This document shows positions 63,134 through 64,000 of a stretch of DNA of 64,000 nt, one piece after another. The notes under the pieces are model-generated. The model ran no database searches. It worked only from the letters and a program-made list of their open reading frames with translations, and was not told where the DNA came from. The position numbers and the translations under genes are program-made. How positions within the stretch are numbered: the stretch's first letter is position 1; every line of letters starts with the position of its first letter. Where the stretch lies: the IMG/VR virus record IMGVR_UViG_3300032236_001727, positions 1 to 64,000 of that record; one strand, written 5' to 3'. This DNA is from a virus.

Positions 63134-64000
63134 TTAAGCTTCGCAACTAACACATTCACTAAGACGTTGTAAATTATCTCCTCTTAATACACTTTCTGTA
63201 CGAAGATAATATAATGTTTTTATTCCTGATTTCCATGCTTCTTTATGCACATTGCTTATAAATTTAGGAGAATCATTAGGATCAAAACATAAATTTAAAG
63301 ATATAGCTTGATCTACATATTTTTGTCTAATGGCGTTTTGTCTAACAATTTCCATTTGGTTTATTTCTTTAAATGTAAGAAACACTTCTTTTTCTTCAGC
63401 GCTTAATATATAATCAGGTAAACCCATTACTGATCCTTTATCTCTAAGTATTTGATCCCATACACTATCGATATTATATCCTTTTTTCTGTAATATATCT
63501 TCTAGCATTTTGTTCTTTTTAATAAAAACACCTTTAGCTGTTTTTAAATTATAAACATTTGCAGGTAATGCCTCTATTGAAGGTGAAACTCCGCCTGAAA
63601 TGTGAGCATTAGATACTGTTGGAGCAATAGCCATATGGTGTGTGTGTCTTAGTCCTGTGTTTTTGCACCATTCTGGTTCACCATATAGTTCGGCTTGATC
63701 TTTAGAAGCTTTTAATGCTTCAGTTTGTATAAATTCAGATATTATTCGTGTTAATGAATTAGCTTGAATACCTACAAAAGATAAGCCTTTAGACTGTAAT
63801 AGAGTATGCCATCCTAAAACACCTATTCCTATTGCTCTACCTTTTATAGCAGAACGAACAGTGTTTTCCATAAATTTCATATTCTTAGCTCTATCTATAA
63901 ATTCTTGCAATACACCCTCTAAAAACCAACAAGTTAATTCAGGTAGAGACATATCATTTTCAAACTTATAATCTTTCCATTCATCCCATCTAGCTAAATT
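63134..64000 (-). CDS. nrdA: Ribonucleotide reductase class Ia alpha subunit, C-terminal part (runs off window)
   Basis: Frame open to 64000 (NLARWDEWK...); RAIGIGVLG, AIAPT.S, DQAISLN, KTLYY, C-terminal CVSC. Confidence 0.95.
   Translation of the reverse strand, partial: NLARWDEWKDYKFENDMSLPELTCWFLEGVLQEFIDRAKNMKFMENTVRSAIKGRAIGIGVLGWHTLLQSKGLSFVGIQANSLTRIISEFIQTEALKASKDQAELYGEPEWCKNTGLRHTHHMAIAPTVSNAHISGGVSPSIEALPANVYNLKTAKGVFIKKNKMLEDILQKKGYNIDSVWDQILRDKGSVMGLPDYILSAEEKEVFLTFKEINQMEIVRQNAIRQKYVDQAISLNLCFDPNDSPKFISNVHKEAWKSGIKTLYYLRTESVLRGDNLQRLSECVSCEA

Overview
64-kb fragment of a large, very AT-rich lytic dsDNA phage, most likely infecting Bacteroidota. Evidence for the host: recurrent TTTG-N19/20-TAnnTTTR promoters, A-rich gene starts without Shine-Dalgarno, standard genetic code. 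Essentially all real genes are on the minus strand, so transcription runs right to left. From the right end: RNR alpha C-terminus; an ART/Tpt1-like protein; a 7-deazaguanine DNA-modification cluster (TGT/DpdA-like, queC, queE, queD, folE); a family-B DNA polymerase split in two by an endonuclease ORF; sliding clamp, GroES/GroEL, clamp loader and PD-(D/E)XK exonuclease; two GT4 glycosyltransferases and thyA; a sugar-modification cluster; then about 29 kb of early/accessory genes behind repeated strong promoters. The most striking signals are non-coding. (i) A tRNA-Leu(UAA) is interrupted in the anticodon by a group I intron carrying an HNH ORF. (ii) Three tRNA-shaped RNAs have intact acceptor/D/T arms but abnormal anticodon arms (about 80-nt insert, 12-nt loop, degenerate). 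(iii) An array of structured RNAs, each closed by a terminal helix, lies at 4.9-5.7 kb, with solitary members at 4.2 kb and 20.7 kb. A family of domain-shuffled early paralogs is also present. All calls come from reading motifs and base pairing by eye; no database searches or folding programs were run.
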